A stretch of 64,000 bases of DNA from an uncultured Chloroflexia bacterium (lineage in GTDB: Bacteria; Chloroflexota; Limnocylindria; Limnocylindrales; CSP1-4), in the NCBI GenBank assembly GCA_963813335.1, contig CAWEYL010000001.1:992001-1056000 (forward strand), written 5' to 3'. This document shows positions 38,734-50,482 of the stretch, in pieces. Each line of letters starts with the position of its first letter. Positions within the stretch are counted from its first letter, which is position 1. A model generated the notes under the pieces. It had not been told where the DNA came from. It saw only the letters and a program-made list of their open reading frames with translations, and did not search any database. A program made the position numbers and the translations under genes.

Positions 38734-39605
38734 CGGCCAGCACAGCGGGCCTCCGGCGCATGCCGCGCTGGCGCTCCCGGCGGTTCATCCTCAACGCCGT
38801 CGTCATCGGCCTGATGGTCCTCTGGCTGCTGCCCACCATCGGCCTGCTGGTCACTTCGGTCCGGCCGAGCGCCGACGTCTCGAGCTCCGGCTGGTGGACG
38901 GCGCTCTTCCCGCCGTTCAACTTCACGCTCGACAACTACGCCCACGTCCTGAGCCGCAACGGCATGGCCGACGCGTTCATCAGCAGCCTGCTGATCACCA
39001 TCCCGTCGACGATCCTGCCGATCAGCATCGCGGCATTCGCGGCCTACGCGTTCTCGTGGATGACCTTCCGCGGGCGTGACGTGGTGTTCGTGATCGTCGT
39101 CGGCCTGCTGGTGGTCCCGCTGCAGAGCACGATCGTGCCGGTCCTGCGGCTGTACAAGGACGCCGGGATCGCCGGCACGTTCCCGGCCGTCTGGCTGGCC
39201 CATACGGCCTACGGGCTCCCATTCGCGGTCTTCCTGCTGCGCAACTACATGGGTGGCCTGCCGCGCGAGGTGTTCGAGTCAGCGTCCATCGACGGCGCCG
39301 GCCACGCGACCGCGTTCTTCCGGCTGGCCATCCCGATGAGCGTCCCGGCGCTGGCCGCGCTCGCGATCTTCCAGTTCCTGTTCGTCTGGAACGACCTGCT
39401 GGTGGCCCTGCTCTACCTCGGGGTCCAGAACCCGACGAACCTGCCCCTCACGGTCGCCATCGCCAACCTCGGCACGAGCCAGGGCGGCGACCAGCAGTAC
39501 ATCATGGCGGCCGCCTTCATCTCGATGATCCTGCCGCTCATCGTCTTCTTCGGCCTGCAGCGGTACTTCGTCCGCGGCATCACGGGCGGCGCCGTGAAGG
39601 GCTGA
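38730..39605 (+). CDS. Sugar ABC transporter permease
   Basis: ESASIDGA, FVWNDLL and QRYFVRG motifs; ATGA overlap. Confidence 0.93.
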   Translation: MTASTAGLRRMPRWRSRRFILNAVVIGLMVLWLLPTIGLLVTSVRPSADVSSSGWWTALFPPFNFTLDNYAHVLSRNGMADAFISSLLITIPSTILPISIAAFAAYAFSWMTFRGRDVVFVIVVGLLVVPLQSTIVPVLRLYKDAGIAGTFPAVWLAHTAYGLPFAVFLLRNYMGGLPREVFESASIDGAGHATAFFRLAIPMSVPALAALAIFQFLFVWNDLLVALLYLGVQNPTNLPLTVAIANLGTSQGGDQQYIMAAAFISMILPLIVFFGLQRYFVRGITGGAVKG

Positions 39606-39698
39606 TATGGGCACCCGGGGCGACGACCCGGCTGGGGCCCCTCCTCCCCCGCCGGCCGTCGTTCCGGGTGCGACCCCAACGGTCGCGACGCGTCGTTC

Positions 39699-42419
39699 CT
39701 AGCGGCCGAGGCGCTCGCGCAGCCGGGCGACCTGCTCCGCCAGCTCCGCCTCGCGGGCGCGCGCACCCTCGATCACGGCGGGCGGCGCCTTGGCCATGAA
39801 CGCCTCGTTGGCGAGCCGGGCCCGCGCCGCGTCCAGCCAGCCCTCCGCGTCGGCGAGCTCGCGCTCGAGGCGCTCGCGATCCAGGGCCGCGGCGGCCGCA
39901 TCGGTCGTCGCCGGTCGGACCGACGCCTCCACCTCCCCGCCGGCGACGACCACCGCCAGGTCGTCCGGCGCGGACGACGCGCGCAGCGCCTCGGCCGTCA
40001 GCTCGCGATGGAGCGGGCGGACCCGGGCCAGGCGCTCGACGGCGGGCCGCAGCGCCTCGAAGGTCCCGCCCAGCGCCAGCGGCACGTGGACGCGGGCCTC
40101 GAGCATCGCGCCGGCGGGCACGTTGGCGGTCGCCCGCGCGTTGCGGATCTCGGTGATGAGCGCCACGATCGTCCCCACCTCCGCCTCCGCCTCGGGATCG
40201 CGCTCGAGCGCCGCTGGCCAGCGGGCGACGATCAGCAGGTCCGGGTCGGACGCGCGGTGCGGCAGCGCGGCCCACAGCGCCTCGGTCACGAACGGCATGA
40301 CCGGGTGGAGCAGGCGCAGGTACGTGTCGAGCACCTCGACCAGCGTCCACCAGGTCGCCTCGCGGACCGCCGGGTCCAGCGACTCGTCGGCGAGGCGGAC
40401 CTTGGCGAGCTCGAGCCCCCAGTCGCAGTACTCGTTCCAGATGGCGTCGTAGAGGATCCGGGTCATCTCGCCGAAGCCGTAGTCCGCCACGGCCGCGTCG
40501 ACCGCGGTCGTGGTCGCCGCCGCCCGCGACAGCAGCCAGCGCTCGGCCGGTCCGAGGTGGCGGGCGTCGGGCAGCCGCCGCTCCGCGCCCTCGGGGATCG
40601 ACGCCGGCCGGGCGCCGACCACGAAGCGCGCCGCGTTCCACAGCTTGTTGGCGAAATTGCGGGCGTTGTCGAGCTTGGCCGGGCTCATCCGCTGGTCCTG
40701 CCCGGGGGCGGCGCCGTGGATGACGGCGAAGCGGAGCGCGTCCGCGCCGGCGGTGTCGATGACGCTCAGCGGGTCGACGACGTTGCCCTTCGTCTTCGAC
40801 ATCTTCTGGCCCTCGGGGTCGCGGATGAGCCCCGAGAGATAGACCGTGTGGAAGGGCTCCTGGTCGGTGAGATGGAGGCCCAGCATCATCATCCTGGCGA
40901 CCCAGAAGAAGATGATGTCGTAGCCCGTCTCCATCACCGACGTCGGGTAGAAGCGCCGGTAGTCGGGCGTGTCGTCCGGCCAGCCGAGGGTCGAGAACGG
41001 CCACAGCCCGGAGCTGAACCACGTGTCGAAGATGTCCGGGTCCTGGGTGAGCTCGGCGGCCGGCCGGCCGCAGATCTGGCACGCGTCCGGGCCGCCCTCG
41101 AGCGACGAGACCGTGACGTGCCCGTCCGGGCAGTACCACGCCGGGATGCGGTGGCCCCACCACAGCTGGCGGCTGACGTTCCAGTCGCGGATCGTGGTCA
41201 GCCAGTGCTCCCAGGTCTTCTCGAAGCGGGCCGGCAGGATGCGCGTCCGGCCGGAACGGGTCGCGTCGAGCGCCCGGGCGGCGAGCGGTCCGGTCCGGAT
41301 GAACCACTGGGTCTTCAGGCGCGGCTCGACGATGTCCGAGCTGCGCTGGCAGCGGCCGACGACCATCTCGTGGGGGGCGCTCGCCAGCAGGTCGCCCAGC
41401 GCCTCGAGGTCGGCGACGATCCGCCGCCGGGCGTCGAACCGGTCGAGGCCGTCGTACGGCGTCCCCGTCCCGGCGATCGTCGCGTCGTCGGCGAGGATCG
41501 TGATCGCCGGCAGGCCGTGGCGGAGGCCGGTGGCATGGTCGTCGTGGTCGTGCGCCGGCGTGATCTTGACCGCGCCGGTGCCGAATGCCGGGTCGACCAT
41601 CTCGTCGGCGATGACCGGCACGTCGCGCTCGACGAACGGGATGCGCACGCGCCGCCCGACGAGCGCGGCGTAGCGCGGATCGTCGGGCCGGACCGCTACG
41701 GCGGTATCGCCCAGCAGCGTCTCGGGCCGGGTCGTGGCGATCGAGATCGTCCCGGCCGGCTCGGGCGCCCCGGTCGCCTCGTCGATGAGGTGGTAGCGGA
41801 TCGTCCAGAGCGAGCCGGTCTCCGGCGTGGCCACCACCTCCAGGTCGCTGACCGAGGTGCGGCAGCCGGGGCACCAGTTGACCAGCGCCTCGGTCCGGTA
41901 CGCGAGGTCGTCGCGGTAGAGCCGCTCGAAGGCGACGCGGACGGCCCTGGCCGAGCCCTCGTCCATCGTGTAGCGCAGGCGGCCCCAGTCGAACGAGCCG
42001 CCGAGGCGGCGCTGCTGCCCCAGCATCACCGGCTTCGTCGAATCGGAGAACGCGCGGATCCGCTCGAGGTAGCGCTCGCGGCCCAGCGAGCGGCGGTCCT
42101 CCCCTTCCCTGGCGAGGATGCCGTCCATCACGAACTGGGCGGCGATGCTGGCGTGGTCCAGGCCGGGCAGCAGGAGGGCCGCGTGGCCGCGCATCCGGGC
42201 GTGGCGGGTCATCAGGTCCTCGACCGTCGTGCGCTGCGCGTGGCCGATGTGGAGCGAGCCGGTCACGTTCGGCGGTGGCTGGATGATCGTGAACGTCGGC
42301 AGCGCCGGATCCGCGGTCGAGCCGCGCCCGTCGGGCGCGAAGACATCCGCCGCCAGCCAGCGCTCGTAGATCGCGCCTTCGACCGCGGAGGGGTCGTAGG
42401 TCTTCGACAGCTCGGTCAT
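39699..42419 (-). CDS. valS: Valine--tRNA ligase
   Basis: PPPNVTGSLHIGH, TTRPET, DWNVSRQLWWGH and KMSKT motifs; C-terminal coiled coil. Confidence 0.98.
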   Translation of the reverse strand: MTELSKTYDPSAVEGAIYERWLAADVFAPDGRGSTADPALPTFTIIQPPPNVTGSLHIGHAQRTTVEDLMTRHARMRGHAALLLPGLDHASIAAQFVMDGILAREGEDRRSLGRERYLERIRAFSDSTKPVMLGQQRRLGGSFDWGRLRYTMDEGSARAVRVAFERLYRDDLAYRTEALVNWCPGCRTSVSDLEVVATPETGSLWTIRYHLIDEATGAPEPAGTISIATTRPETLLGDTAVAVRPDDPRYAALVGRRVRIPFVERDVPVIADEMVDPAFGTGAVKITPAHDHDDHATGLRHGLPAITILADDATIAGTGTPYDGLDRFDARRRIVADLEALGDLLASAPHEMVVGRCQRSSDIVEPRLKTQWFIRTGPLAARALDATRSGRTRILPARFEKTWEHWLTTIRDWNVSRQLWWGHRIPAWYCPDGHVTVSSLEGGPDACQICGRPAAELTQDPDIFDTWFSSGLWPFSTLGWPDDTPDYRRFYPTSVMETGYDIIFFWVARMMMLGLHLTDQEPFHTVYLSGLIRDPEGQKMSKTKGNVVDPLSVIDTAGADALRFAVIHGAAPGQDQRMSPAKLDNARNFANKLWNAARFVVGARPASIPEGAERRLPDARHLGPAERWLLSRAAATTTAVDAAVADYGFGEMTRILYDAIWNEYCDWGLELAKVRLADESLDPAVREATWWTLVEVLDTYLRLLHPVMPFVTEALWAALPHRASDPDLLIVARWPAALERDPEAEAEVGTIVALITEIRNARATANVPAGAMLEARVHVPLALGGTFEALRPAVERLARVRPLHRELTAEALRASSAPDDLAVVVAGGEVEASVRPATTDAAAAALDRERLERELADAEGWLDAARARLANEAFMAKAPPAVIEGARAREAELAEQVARLRERLGR

Positions 42420-42429
42420 CGTTCGGCCT

Positions 42430-42670
42430 CAGGAAACGAGAAGCCCGCTCGTCCAGCGGACGAACGGGTCGTGGTACCACCTGCTGGTTCGGCGTCGGCG
42501 GCGGGTCGCTCATCGCGACCGCCGGGTTCCGGCACCCTCACGACGCGCTATCGGGCGTCGACCGCCACGGCTCGCGAGCGACCTTCGCACCGGTGGCGTT
42601 CGCGCGGCTCGCACCATCCCGCGCTCGCTCCGGACGCCGGTCCGGGCTACTCCTCTCGGTCGTCGCCGTG
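42430..42670 (-). ncRNA. T-box riboswitch (Val) upstream of valS
   Basis: Stem I with AGUA, AG bulge and GGUGCGA loop; specifier GUC (Val) at 42582-42580; T-box AGGUGGUACCACG; terminator CCCGUUCGUCC/GGACGAGCGGG with a U-rich tail; TGcTACACT -10 upstream. Confidence 0.9.
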
Positions 42671-42817
42671 AGGGCGGGAGTGTAGCACGGGCCCCGGGCC
42701 CGATCGTGCGGGGCTCATCGGTCGGATGACCGATGCGACGGCGCCTCCACCGTGCGCACAATCACGCCAGACGACGGCCACCGACGGCCGCCGGGACCGC
42801 GATGGGAGAAACGAACG

Positions 42818-43069
42818 ATGGCCAGGTTCATGGACGTCCACGACGGGTTCTTCGGGGTGAGCGCGCAGCAGCTCGCCGAGGCCCATCAGCGCGACCTCGA
42901 TGTCGAGGACCAGGAGGGCGTGCACTACGAGCATGCCTGGCTCGACCCCGAATCCGGCAAGGTCTTCTGCCTGGCGACCGGGCCGTCGAAGGAGGCGGTC
43001 ATGCGCGTCCACGAGCGCGCGGGCCATCCGACCCCGCAGGTCTACGAGGTCCCGATCGAAGTCTCCTAG
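42818..43069 (+). CDS. DUF4242 / SCO4226-like nickel-binding protein
   Basis: MARFMDVH...AEAHQRDL...WLDPESGKVFCL...VHERAGH. Confidence 0.88.
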   Translation: MARFMDVHDGFFGVSAQQLAEAHQRDLDVEDQEGVHYEHAWLDPESGKVFCLATGPSKEAVMRVHERAGHPTPQVYEVPIEVS

Positions 43070-43127
43070 CGGCAGGCTCCCGGCGGTCGGGCGGGCGCGA
43101 GCTCGTCCGGCCGCGCCACGGGAGCGG

Positions 43128-44438
<1,311 letters not shown>

Positions 44439-44454
44439 GTGCCCTGTACCGCCC

Positions 44455-45144
44455 TTATTCCTTCGACTTCTTCGGTTGCGGCTCGTCCACTGTCGTGGCG
44501 TCCGTGACCTTCGATCCTTCACCGCCGGCGAGCCCGGCGTCGTGGGCCTGCGCGATCAGGGAGCTGCTCTCCGCCGCGTAGACCGCATCGATGATGCCAT
44601 AGTCCTTGGCCTCACCGGGAGCCATGAAGTAGTCCCGGTCGGTGTCCTTGATCACCTTTTCGAGCGGCTGGCCCGTGTGGCGGGCCAGGATCTCGTGGTT
44701 CGCGTGCACCAGGTGCTCCCATTCCTTCATCTGGATCACGGCGTCCGGGGCGTTGCCGCGGAAGCCGCCGGAGCCCTGGTGGATCATGATCCGGCTGTTC
44801 GGGAGCGCATAGCGCTTGCCCGGGGCGCCGGCCGCGAGCAGGACCGCCGCCATCGACGCCGCCAGCCCGATGCAGATGGTGCTGACCGGGGCCCGCAGGT
44901 ACTGCATGGTGTCGTAGATCGCGAGACCGGACGTCACCTGGCCACCGGGCGAGTTGATGTACAGGCTGATGTCCTTCTCCGGGTCCTCCGACTCGAGGAA
45001 GAGCAGCTGCGCGATCACCAGGTTGGCGAGGTGATCCTCGATCGCGTCGCCCAGGAAGATGATCCGCTCGCGCAGCAGGCGCGAGTAGATGTCGTAGGCG
45101 CGTTCGCCTCGGCTGGACGATTCGATGACCATCGGGACGAGCAT
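44455..45144 (-). CDS. clpP: Clp protease proteolytic subunit
   Basis: [22 protein letters not shown] and DRD motifs. Confidence 0.98.
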   Translation of the reverse strand: MLVPMVIESSSRGERAYDIYSRLLRERIIFLGDAIEDHLANLVIAQLLFLESEDPEKDISLYINSPGGQVTSGLAIYDTMQYLRAPVSTICIGLAASMAAVLLAAGAPGKRYALPNSRIMIHQGSGGFRGNAPDAVIQMKEWEHLVHANHEILARHTGQPLEKVIKDTDRDYFMAPGEAKDYGIIDAVYAAESSSLIAQAHDAGLAGGEGSKVTDATTVDEPQPKKSKE

Positions 45145-45195
45145 CTGGGCCTCTCCGTTGCCTTGGGTCGGGGACTGGACGGTGATGGTGGGCGG

Positions 45196-46620
45196 TCAGC
45201 CGGCGGGCGCCGGCTCGTCGGTCAGGATGGATCCGGGATCGGTCGCGCCGATCGAGGCGACCGCCTCGGCCTGGGCGCCCTCGGTCGCCGACGATGCCTG
45301 GTCCTCGAGGTGCGGGAGCGGCGGGTGCTCCGGATGGGCGGCCAGCCAGCCGTCGATCAGCCCTTCGACGACGCGGCTGCGCCGCATGGTGCTGCGGATG
45401 TAGCTCCGGCCGCGCTCGGAGTCGAAGTAGTCGACCAGCTTGGGGTCGCTCGCGTAGCGGAGCCGGCCGCGCTGCACCTCGGCCTCGATGTCGGCCTCGG
45501 GGACCTCGACATCCTCGGCCTCGGCGACCTGCGAGAGCACCAGCAGGGTCTTGACGCGCTTCTCCGAGGCGGGCCGGAAGTCCGCGTGGAGGTCGGCGTC
45601 GGTCTTGTCCATGACCTTGAGATACGCCTCCTCGGTGATGCCCTGCCGGGCGATCGAGGCGCGGAACTCGTCGTGCATGACCTCGACCTCCTGGTCGACG
45701 AGCACGTCGGGCAGCTCGAGGGTCGCGTTGGCGACCGCGTATTCGATGATCTTGTCGGCGAACTCGTGGCGCGCCCGGTCGAGCGCGTTCCCCTCGAGCC
45801 GCGTCTGGATGTCGGCCCGCAGCGCGGCGAGGTCCGCGAAGTCGCCCATCTGGTGGACGAACTCGTCGTCGAGCTCCGGCAGGATCTTCTCGCGCAGCTC
45901 CTTGAGCTCGACCGCGAAGTGGACGGTCGCACCGGCCAGCTCCGGCTCGCCGTAGTCCTCGGGGAAGGTGATGTCGAACTCGGTGGAGCCACCCGGCTCC
46001 AGCCCGACGAGGTGGGTCTCGAAGCCCGGGATCAGGCGTTCCTGCCCGAGGATCAGCGGCATGCGCTCCGAGGTGCCGCCCTCGAACGGGGTGCCGTCGC
46101 GGGTGCCGACGAACCCGATGACGGCGTAGTCGCCGTCCTTGGCGCCGCGCTCCTCGACGGCCGCCAGGGTCGCGTTCTGGTCGCGCAGCTCGTCGATGAC
46201 CTGGCTGACGCGGGCGTCGTCGATGGTCTCGATCTCCGGCCCGAAGTTGAAGTTCCGGTAGTCGCCGAGGTGGACCTCCGGGCGGACCTGGACCGTGGCC
46301 TTGAAGACGAGCGGCTTGCCCTCCTCGGCCTGCACGACCTCGACGTCGGCGTTGGTCAGCGGGAGGATCTCCTTCTCGACCAGCGCCTCGCGGTAGGCGT
46401 CCTGGACGAGGTGCTCGACCGCGTCGTCGAGGACGGCGCCCGGCCCGAGCGCGCGCTCGAGGACCTGCCGGGGGGCCTTGCCCGGGCGGAAGCCGGGGAC
46501 ACGGGTCCGGCGCGAGAGGTGCTGCACGGCATGCTGGATCGCCTTGTCCAGGCGCTCCGGGGGCAGCTCGATCTCGAGCTCGATGGTCGACTTGGGGGCG
46601 GGCGTGGTCGTGATCTGCAT
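45196..46620 (-). CDS. tig: Trigger factor
   Basis: VPGFRPGKAP ribosome-binding motif; FKBP domain LIPGFE...FPEDY. Confidence 0.96.
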   Translation of the reverse strand: MQITTTPAPKSTIELEIELPPERLDKAIQHAVQHLSRRTRVPGFRPGKAPRQVLERALGPGAVLDDAVEHLVQDAYREALVEKEILPLTNADVEVVQAEEGKPLVFKATVQVRPEVHLGDYRNFNFGPEIETIDDARVSQVIDELRDQNATLAAVEERGAKDGDYAVIGFVGTRDGTPFEGGTSERMPLILGQERLIPGFETHLVGLEPGGSTEFDITFPEDYGEPELAGATVHFAVELKELREKILPELDDEFVHQMGDFADLAALRADIQTRLEGNALDRARHEFADKIIEYAVANATLELPDVLVDQEVEVMHDEFRASIARQGITEEAYLKVMDKTDADLHADFRPASEKRVKTLLVLSQVAEAEDVEVPEADIEAEVQRGRLRYASDPKLVDYFDSERGRSYIRSTMRRSRVVEGLIDGWLAAHPEHPPLPHLEDQASSATEGAQAEAVASIGATDPGSILTDEPAPAG

Positions 46621-46682
46621 CGCGGGGAAGTATAGGCGGCGATGCCGGTCAGGGCCGGAAGGCGCGGTCAGCGGCGGACCGG

Positions 46683-46770
46683 TGGTAGGCGAGAGAGGGG
46701 TCGAACCTCCACGCCGCTTACGCGGCACCGGCTCCTAAGGCCGGCGCGTCTGCCATTCCGCCACTCGCCC
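46683..46770 (-). tRNA. tRNA-Leu(TAG)
   Basis: GGGCGAGTGGCGGAATGGCAGACGCG-CCGGC-CTTAGGA-GCCGG, long variable arm, GGTTCGACCCC, CTCGCCT-A-CCA. Confidence 0.97.
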
Positions 46771-46788
46771 GGGCGGAGTGTACCGCCC

Positions 46789-47373
46789 TCAGGCGCCCGC
46801 GCTCGTCGCCTCGTCGTCCGCCGCCTTGGCCTTCGCCGATGCGTCGCGCGCCTTGGCGATCTCCTGCTCGGCCCGCTCGCGGATCTCGGCCATCCGTTCG
46901 GCCATGGTCCCGGCGTCCGGCCGGAACAGCGCGTCCGCCGCGGTCTTCGCGGCCCGCGCGGCGAAGGGCGTCGCCATCGACAGCAGCACGGCCCGCCGCT
47001 GGCTCGCGTTCGCCTTGGCCGACTTCTGGGCGTAGGCCGCGAAGTCGCGCTCGAGGGCGCCGCGGACCTTGTCACCGTCCGACCCGAGCGCCCGGAGCGT
47101 CGCCTCGATCTCGTCGGGGAGCATGGACTTGGGCAGCGGCGCGGGCTTGCCCCGGATGGTCCGTTTGGCCGCCCCGAAGAGCCGCTGCGGCCCCTTGAGC
47201 GCGAGGAAGCCGACCCCGCCGGCGACGGCGGCGGCCTTGGCCGGGCTGCGCTTGATCTTGGCCGGGAAGTCCAGGGCGCTCCGGGTCGACGCCCCGAGGA
47301 TGTCGACCTGGGCGCCCAGGTCGGCCCGTGCGGCGATCACCCGATCCCGGGCGGCATCCGTTTCTGTAGCCAC
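46789..47373 (-). CDS. DUF3618-like protein
   Basis: VATETDAARDRVIAARADLGAQVDIL... with a short hydrophobic segment; follows the holin-like gene, the usual pairing. Confidence 0.65.
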   Translation of the reverse strand: MATETDAARDRVIAARADLGAQVDILGASTRSALDFPAKIKRSPAKAAAVAGGVGFLALKGPQRLFGAAKRTIRGKPAPLPKSMLPDEIEATLRALGSDGDKVRGALERDFAAYAQKSAKANASQRRAVLLSMATPFAARAAKTAADALFRPDAGTMAERMAEIRERAEQEIAKARDASAKAKAADDEATSAGA

Positions 47374-48278
47374 TCGAGGGTCTCCTTGCTGGTCTCGATG
47401 GTCTGGGTCGGGGTGAAGCGGGCCTTGAGCGCCTCGACGTCGATGCCGGTGCGCGCCAGGTCCATGCCCATGAACGCCATCCAGCCGATGTACCCGACGG
47501 CGATCCCGACACCGGCCGCGGGCTGCGGCCCGAAGGTGATCGCCGTGAACGCGCCGAGCGCGACGCCGACGAGCAGCCCACCGAACGCCGTCGCCGGGTA
47601 CGACGACTTCGCCCGCCAGGCGGCGACGATCCCGACGACGAGGCCGATCAGGCCGACGACGATGATGCCGACGACGAGCGGGCGGACACCCGGATCGACC
47701 CCCGGCAGGAGGCTGTCGCCGATGGTCTTGTAGGCCCAATTGGGCAGGTTCAGGAAGAGGATGGCGCCGACGAGGATCCCGATGGCCGCGCCGAGCGCCA
47801 GGGCGCGCACGATCCGACCTGCCGAGACGCCGACGGCGATGAAGATGCAGACCATCGCGACCGCGATGAACGCCAGGGACCCGTGGAGCACGCCCCAGCC
47901 CATCGAGCCGAGGACCCACTCCCCGAGGAACAGCGCCGAGCCGAGGATGACGATGCTGACCGCCGCGATGACCAGCGCCAGGGCGGCCGCGCCGAGCGCC
48001 GCGACCTGGGCGATCTGGCCGCCGATCGCGGTCGCCTCGGCCTTCGCCAGCTCGACGTGGGCCATGACCAGCCGGTAGGCCGCTTCGCGCGTGGCCCCGA
48101 TCTGGGCGCGGAACCCCGGCGGGGGCGGCGGCTTGGGCGGCTTGGGGGGCGGCGGCGCCTTCGGGGGTGGGGGCGGCGGCTCCTTCGGGGGTGGCGGCGG
48201 CGCCGGGGGCAGCGGCTCCTTCGGGGGCGGCGGCGGCTCCGGCTCGTCGGATGACGGTGGTGTGGTCGGCTCGTCCAG
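47337..48278 (-). CDS. Holin-X/YqjE-like membrane protein with a poly-Pro N-terminus; probable CUG start
   Basis: LVMAHVELAKAE signature, several TM helices, PTQTIETSKETLEW tail; GGGAG-N7-CTG at 48278. Confidence 0.7.
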   Translation of the reverse strand: MDEPTTPPSSDEPEPPPPPKEPLPPAPPPPPKEPPPPPPKAPPPPKPPKPPPPPGFRAQIGATREAAYRLVMAHVELAKAEATAIGGQIAQVAALGAAALALVIAAVSIVILGSALFLGEWVLGSMGWGVLHGSLAFIAVAMVCIFIAVGVSAGRIVRALALGAAIGILVGAILFLNLPNWAYKTIGDSLLPGVDPGVRPLVVGIIVVGLIGLVVGIVAAWRAKSSYPATAFGGLLVGVALGAFTAITFGPQPAAGVGIAVGYIGWMAFMGMDLARTGIDVEALKARFTPTQTIETSKETLEWLQKRMPPGIG

Positions 48279-48402
48279 GGTGCTGCTCCCGGGAGTGGGC
48301 GGCTGGCGCTGGGGATCGCTGGGGTCGGACCGATGATAGCAGCGGGCAGCCGGCGTCCGGACGTGCACGGTGGCCCGGTCGCCGCGGTACGCTCGGCCCG
48401 AA

Positions 48403-49687
48403 ATGCGCGACGCTGCCCACCCCTCCGCGTCCGGACCGCGCCTCCGCACCGCCGAGCTCCTGAGCGTCGGCTCGGAGCTGACGGTCGGCGAGACCCGGGA
48501 CACGAACGCCAGCGAGATCGCCCGGGCGCTGACGGCCCGCGGGGTCCGCGTCGAGCGGATCACGGCGTTGCCTGATCGACTCGACACGGTGACCGACGCG
48601 ATCCGCTCGGCGATGGCGCGGACCGACCTGGTCGTCACGACCGGCGGGCTCGGGCCGACCCCCGACGACCTGACGCGCGAGTCCATCGCCGCCGCGTTCG
48701 GCGAGACGCCGGTCGTGGACGCCGGCGATCGAGGCATGGCTGCGCGAGCTGTGGCGGCGGCGCGGGCAGCCGTTCCCGGAGCTCAACCTCAAGCAGGCCT
48801 GGCTGATCCCGTCCGCCGAGGCGCTGCCCAACCCCAACGGCACCGCCCCGGGCTGGTTCGCGCGGCGCGGCGAGGGACCGGTCGTCGTGGCGCTGCCCGG
48901 CCCGCCGCGCGAGATGCGGCCCATGCTCGCGGACGAGGTCCTTCCCCGCCTCGAGCGGATCGGGCTGGGCACCGACGTGGCCGTCCGGACCTACCGGCTC
49001 ACCGGCATCGGCGAGTCGCAGCTGGCGGACCGTCTCGGCGACGCGCTGCTGCGCCGACCCAACCCCGAGGTGGCCACCTACGCCCGGGCGGACGCGGTGG
49101 ACGTCCGCATCTCCGCTGTCGGCGACGAGACCGCGACTGCGGCAGCGCACGTGGAGGCAGCCGCGCGCGAGGTCCTCGAGGCCGCGGGCGAGTTCGTCTG
49201 GGCGACCGGGGACGTGTCGTGGCCCGCGGCCCTCGGGGAACGGCTCGGGGAGCTCGGCTGGAGCCTGTCGATCGTCGAGATCGGGTCGGCCGGCCAGCTC
49301 GCGGCGCTGCTCGGCGACGTCCCGTGGCTGCGCTTCAGCGAGGCCCTGGCACCCGAGACGCCCGGCGCCCTGGCGCACGGTCGCCCGAGTCCGGACGACC
49401 ACGAGGACGAGGCGGCCGATGCGGCCGGACCGAACGACCTCGAGCCGTACGCCCGCCGCGCGATGGCGCTCGGCGGCAGCGAGGTGGGCCTGGCCATGCG
49501 GGTGACGCCGCGGCGCGGCGACACCGCGGTCTCGGTCACGGTCGTGACCCCGGGCGGGACCCGTCGACGGCGCCGGCTGGTCTTCCTCGACGGCGCGAAC
49601 GGGCGCAGCCGCGCGGCCCTGGCGGGCGCCGCCATCCTGCTCGAGGTGCTGCGGGCGCCCGAGGCGGGCGACCAGCCGGGCGCCTAG
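48403..49687 (+). CDS. cinA: CinA family protein (MocF-like domain plus degenerate PncC domain); +1 frameshift near 48721
   Basis: LSVGSEL...DTN...TTGGLGPTPDDLTRE, then in the next frame KQA...NPNGTAPG...LPGPPREM...GIGES. Confidence 0.88.
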
Positions 49688-50382
49688 CGGCGCGAGGCCC
49701 GGGCCAGACCCTCGAGGTCGGTCACCACGATCGCGTCGCGCTCCAGGCGGAGATAGCCGTCATCCGTGAACTGGCGCAGCAGCTTGTTGACGCTCTGGCG
49801 GGTGCTCCCGACCATCGAGGCGAGATCGCCCTGGGTGAGCGATGTCTTCAGCTGGACGGCGCCGTCCGGCAGCGGGGTGCCGCCGTCCGTCGCCAGCCGC
49901 GCCAGGCACGCCGCCAGCCGCCCGGTGATGTCGAGGAAGTGCAGCTCCTCGACATGGGTCGTCAGCCGCCGGAGCTCCGCGGCCAGCGACGCCAGCAGTG
50001 CATCGCGGACGATGGGCTCGTTGGCGATGAGCTCGCGGAACCGATCGCGCGGCAGGACGACGGTCTCCACCGCCGTCAGGGCCGTGACCGTCGCCGAGCG
50101 GGGGGCGCCGTCGAGGAGGGCCAGCTCCCCGAAGACATCGCCGCGGGCCAGCCGGACGAGGATGGCCTCGTCGCCGCCCTCGGACGGGAGCGAGATCTTG
50201 ACCTCGCCGCTGACGATGATGAACAGGGCGTCGCCCGGGTCCCCGACATGGAAGATGACCTCGCCCCGCCGAAAACGACGGGCGCGCGTGCCCGCGGCGA
50301 CCCGCGCGAGCGCGTCGGGGTCGAGGCCGGCGAAGAACGGGATCGTCGACAGCGAGTCGACGATGGGCGGCGGGCGGAGCAT
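49684..50382 (-). CDS. Crp/Fnr family regulator with an intact cNMP phosphate-binding cassette
   Basis: FGELALLDGAPRSATV; HTH TQGDLASMVGSTRQSVNK. Confidence 0.93.
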   Translation of the reverse strand: MLRPPPIVDSLSTIPFFAGLDPDALARVAAGTRARRFRRGEVIFHVGDPGDALFIIVSGEVKISLPSEGGDEAILVRLARGDVFGELALLDGAPRSATVTALTAVETVVLPRDRFRELIANEPIVRDALLASLAAELRRLTTHVEELHFLDITGRLAACLARLATDGGTPLPDGAVQLKTSLTQGDLASMVGSTRQSVNKLLRQFTDDGYLRLERDAIVVTDLEGLARASRR

Positions 50383-50482
50383 CGCACCCATCCTAGCAAG
50401 CGGGCTCCTGTCCGCCCGCCGACACGGCATCGGTCGCGCGGCCGTCGCGCGGGCGCCTCGAGACGCCCGTAGGATGGCCCCG

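Noticed and set aside
46683-46770. tRNA-Leu as an integration site
   Set aside because: No integrase and no duplicated tRNA 3' end were seen; tig follows directly.
46789-48278. Holin-like gene as a prophage remnant
   Set aside because: The holin-X/DUF3618 pair is a common chromosomal arrangement, and no phage genes are nearby.
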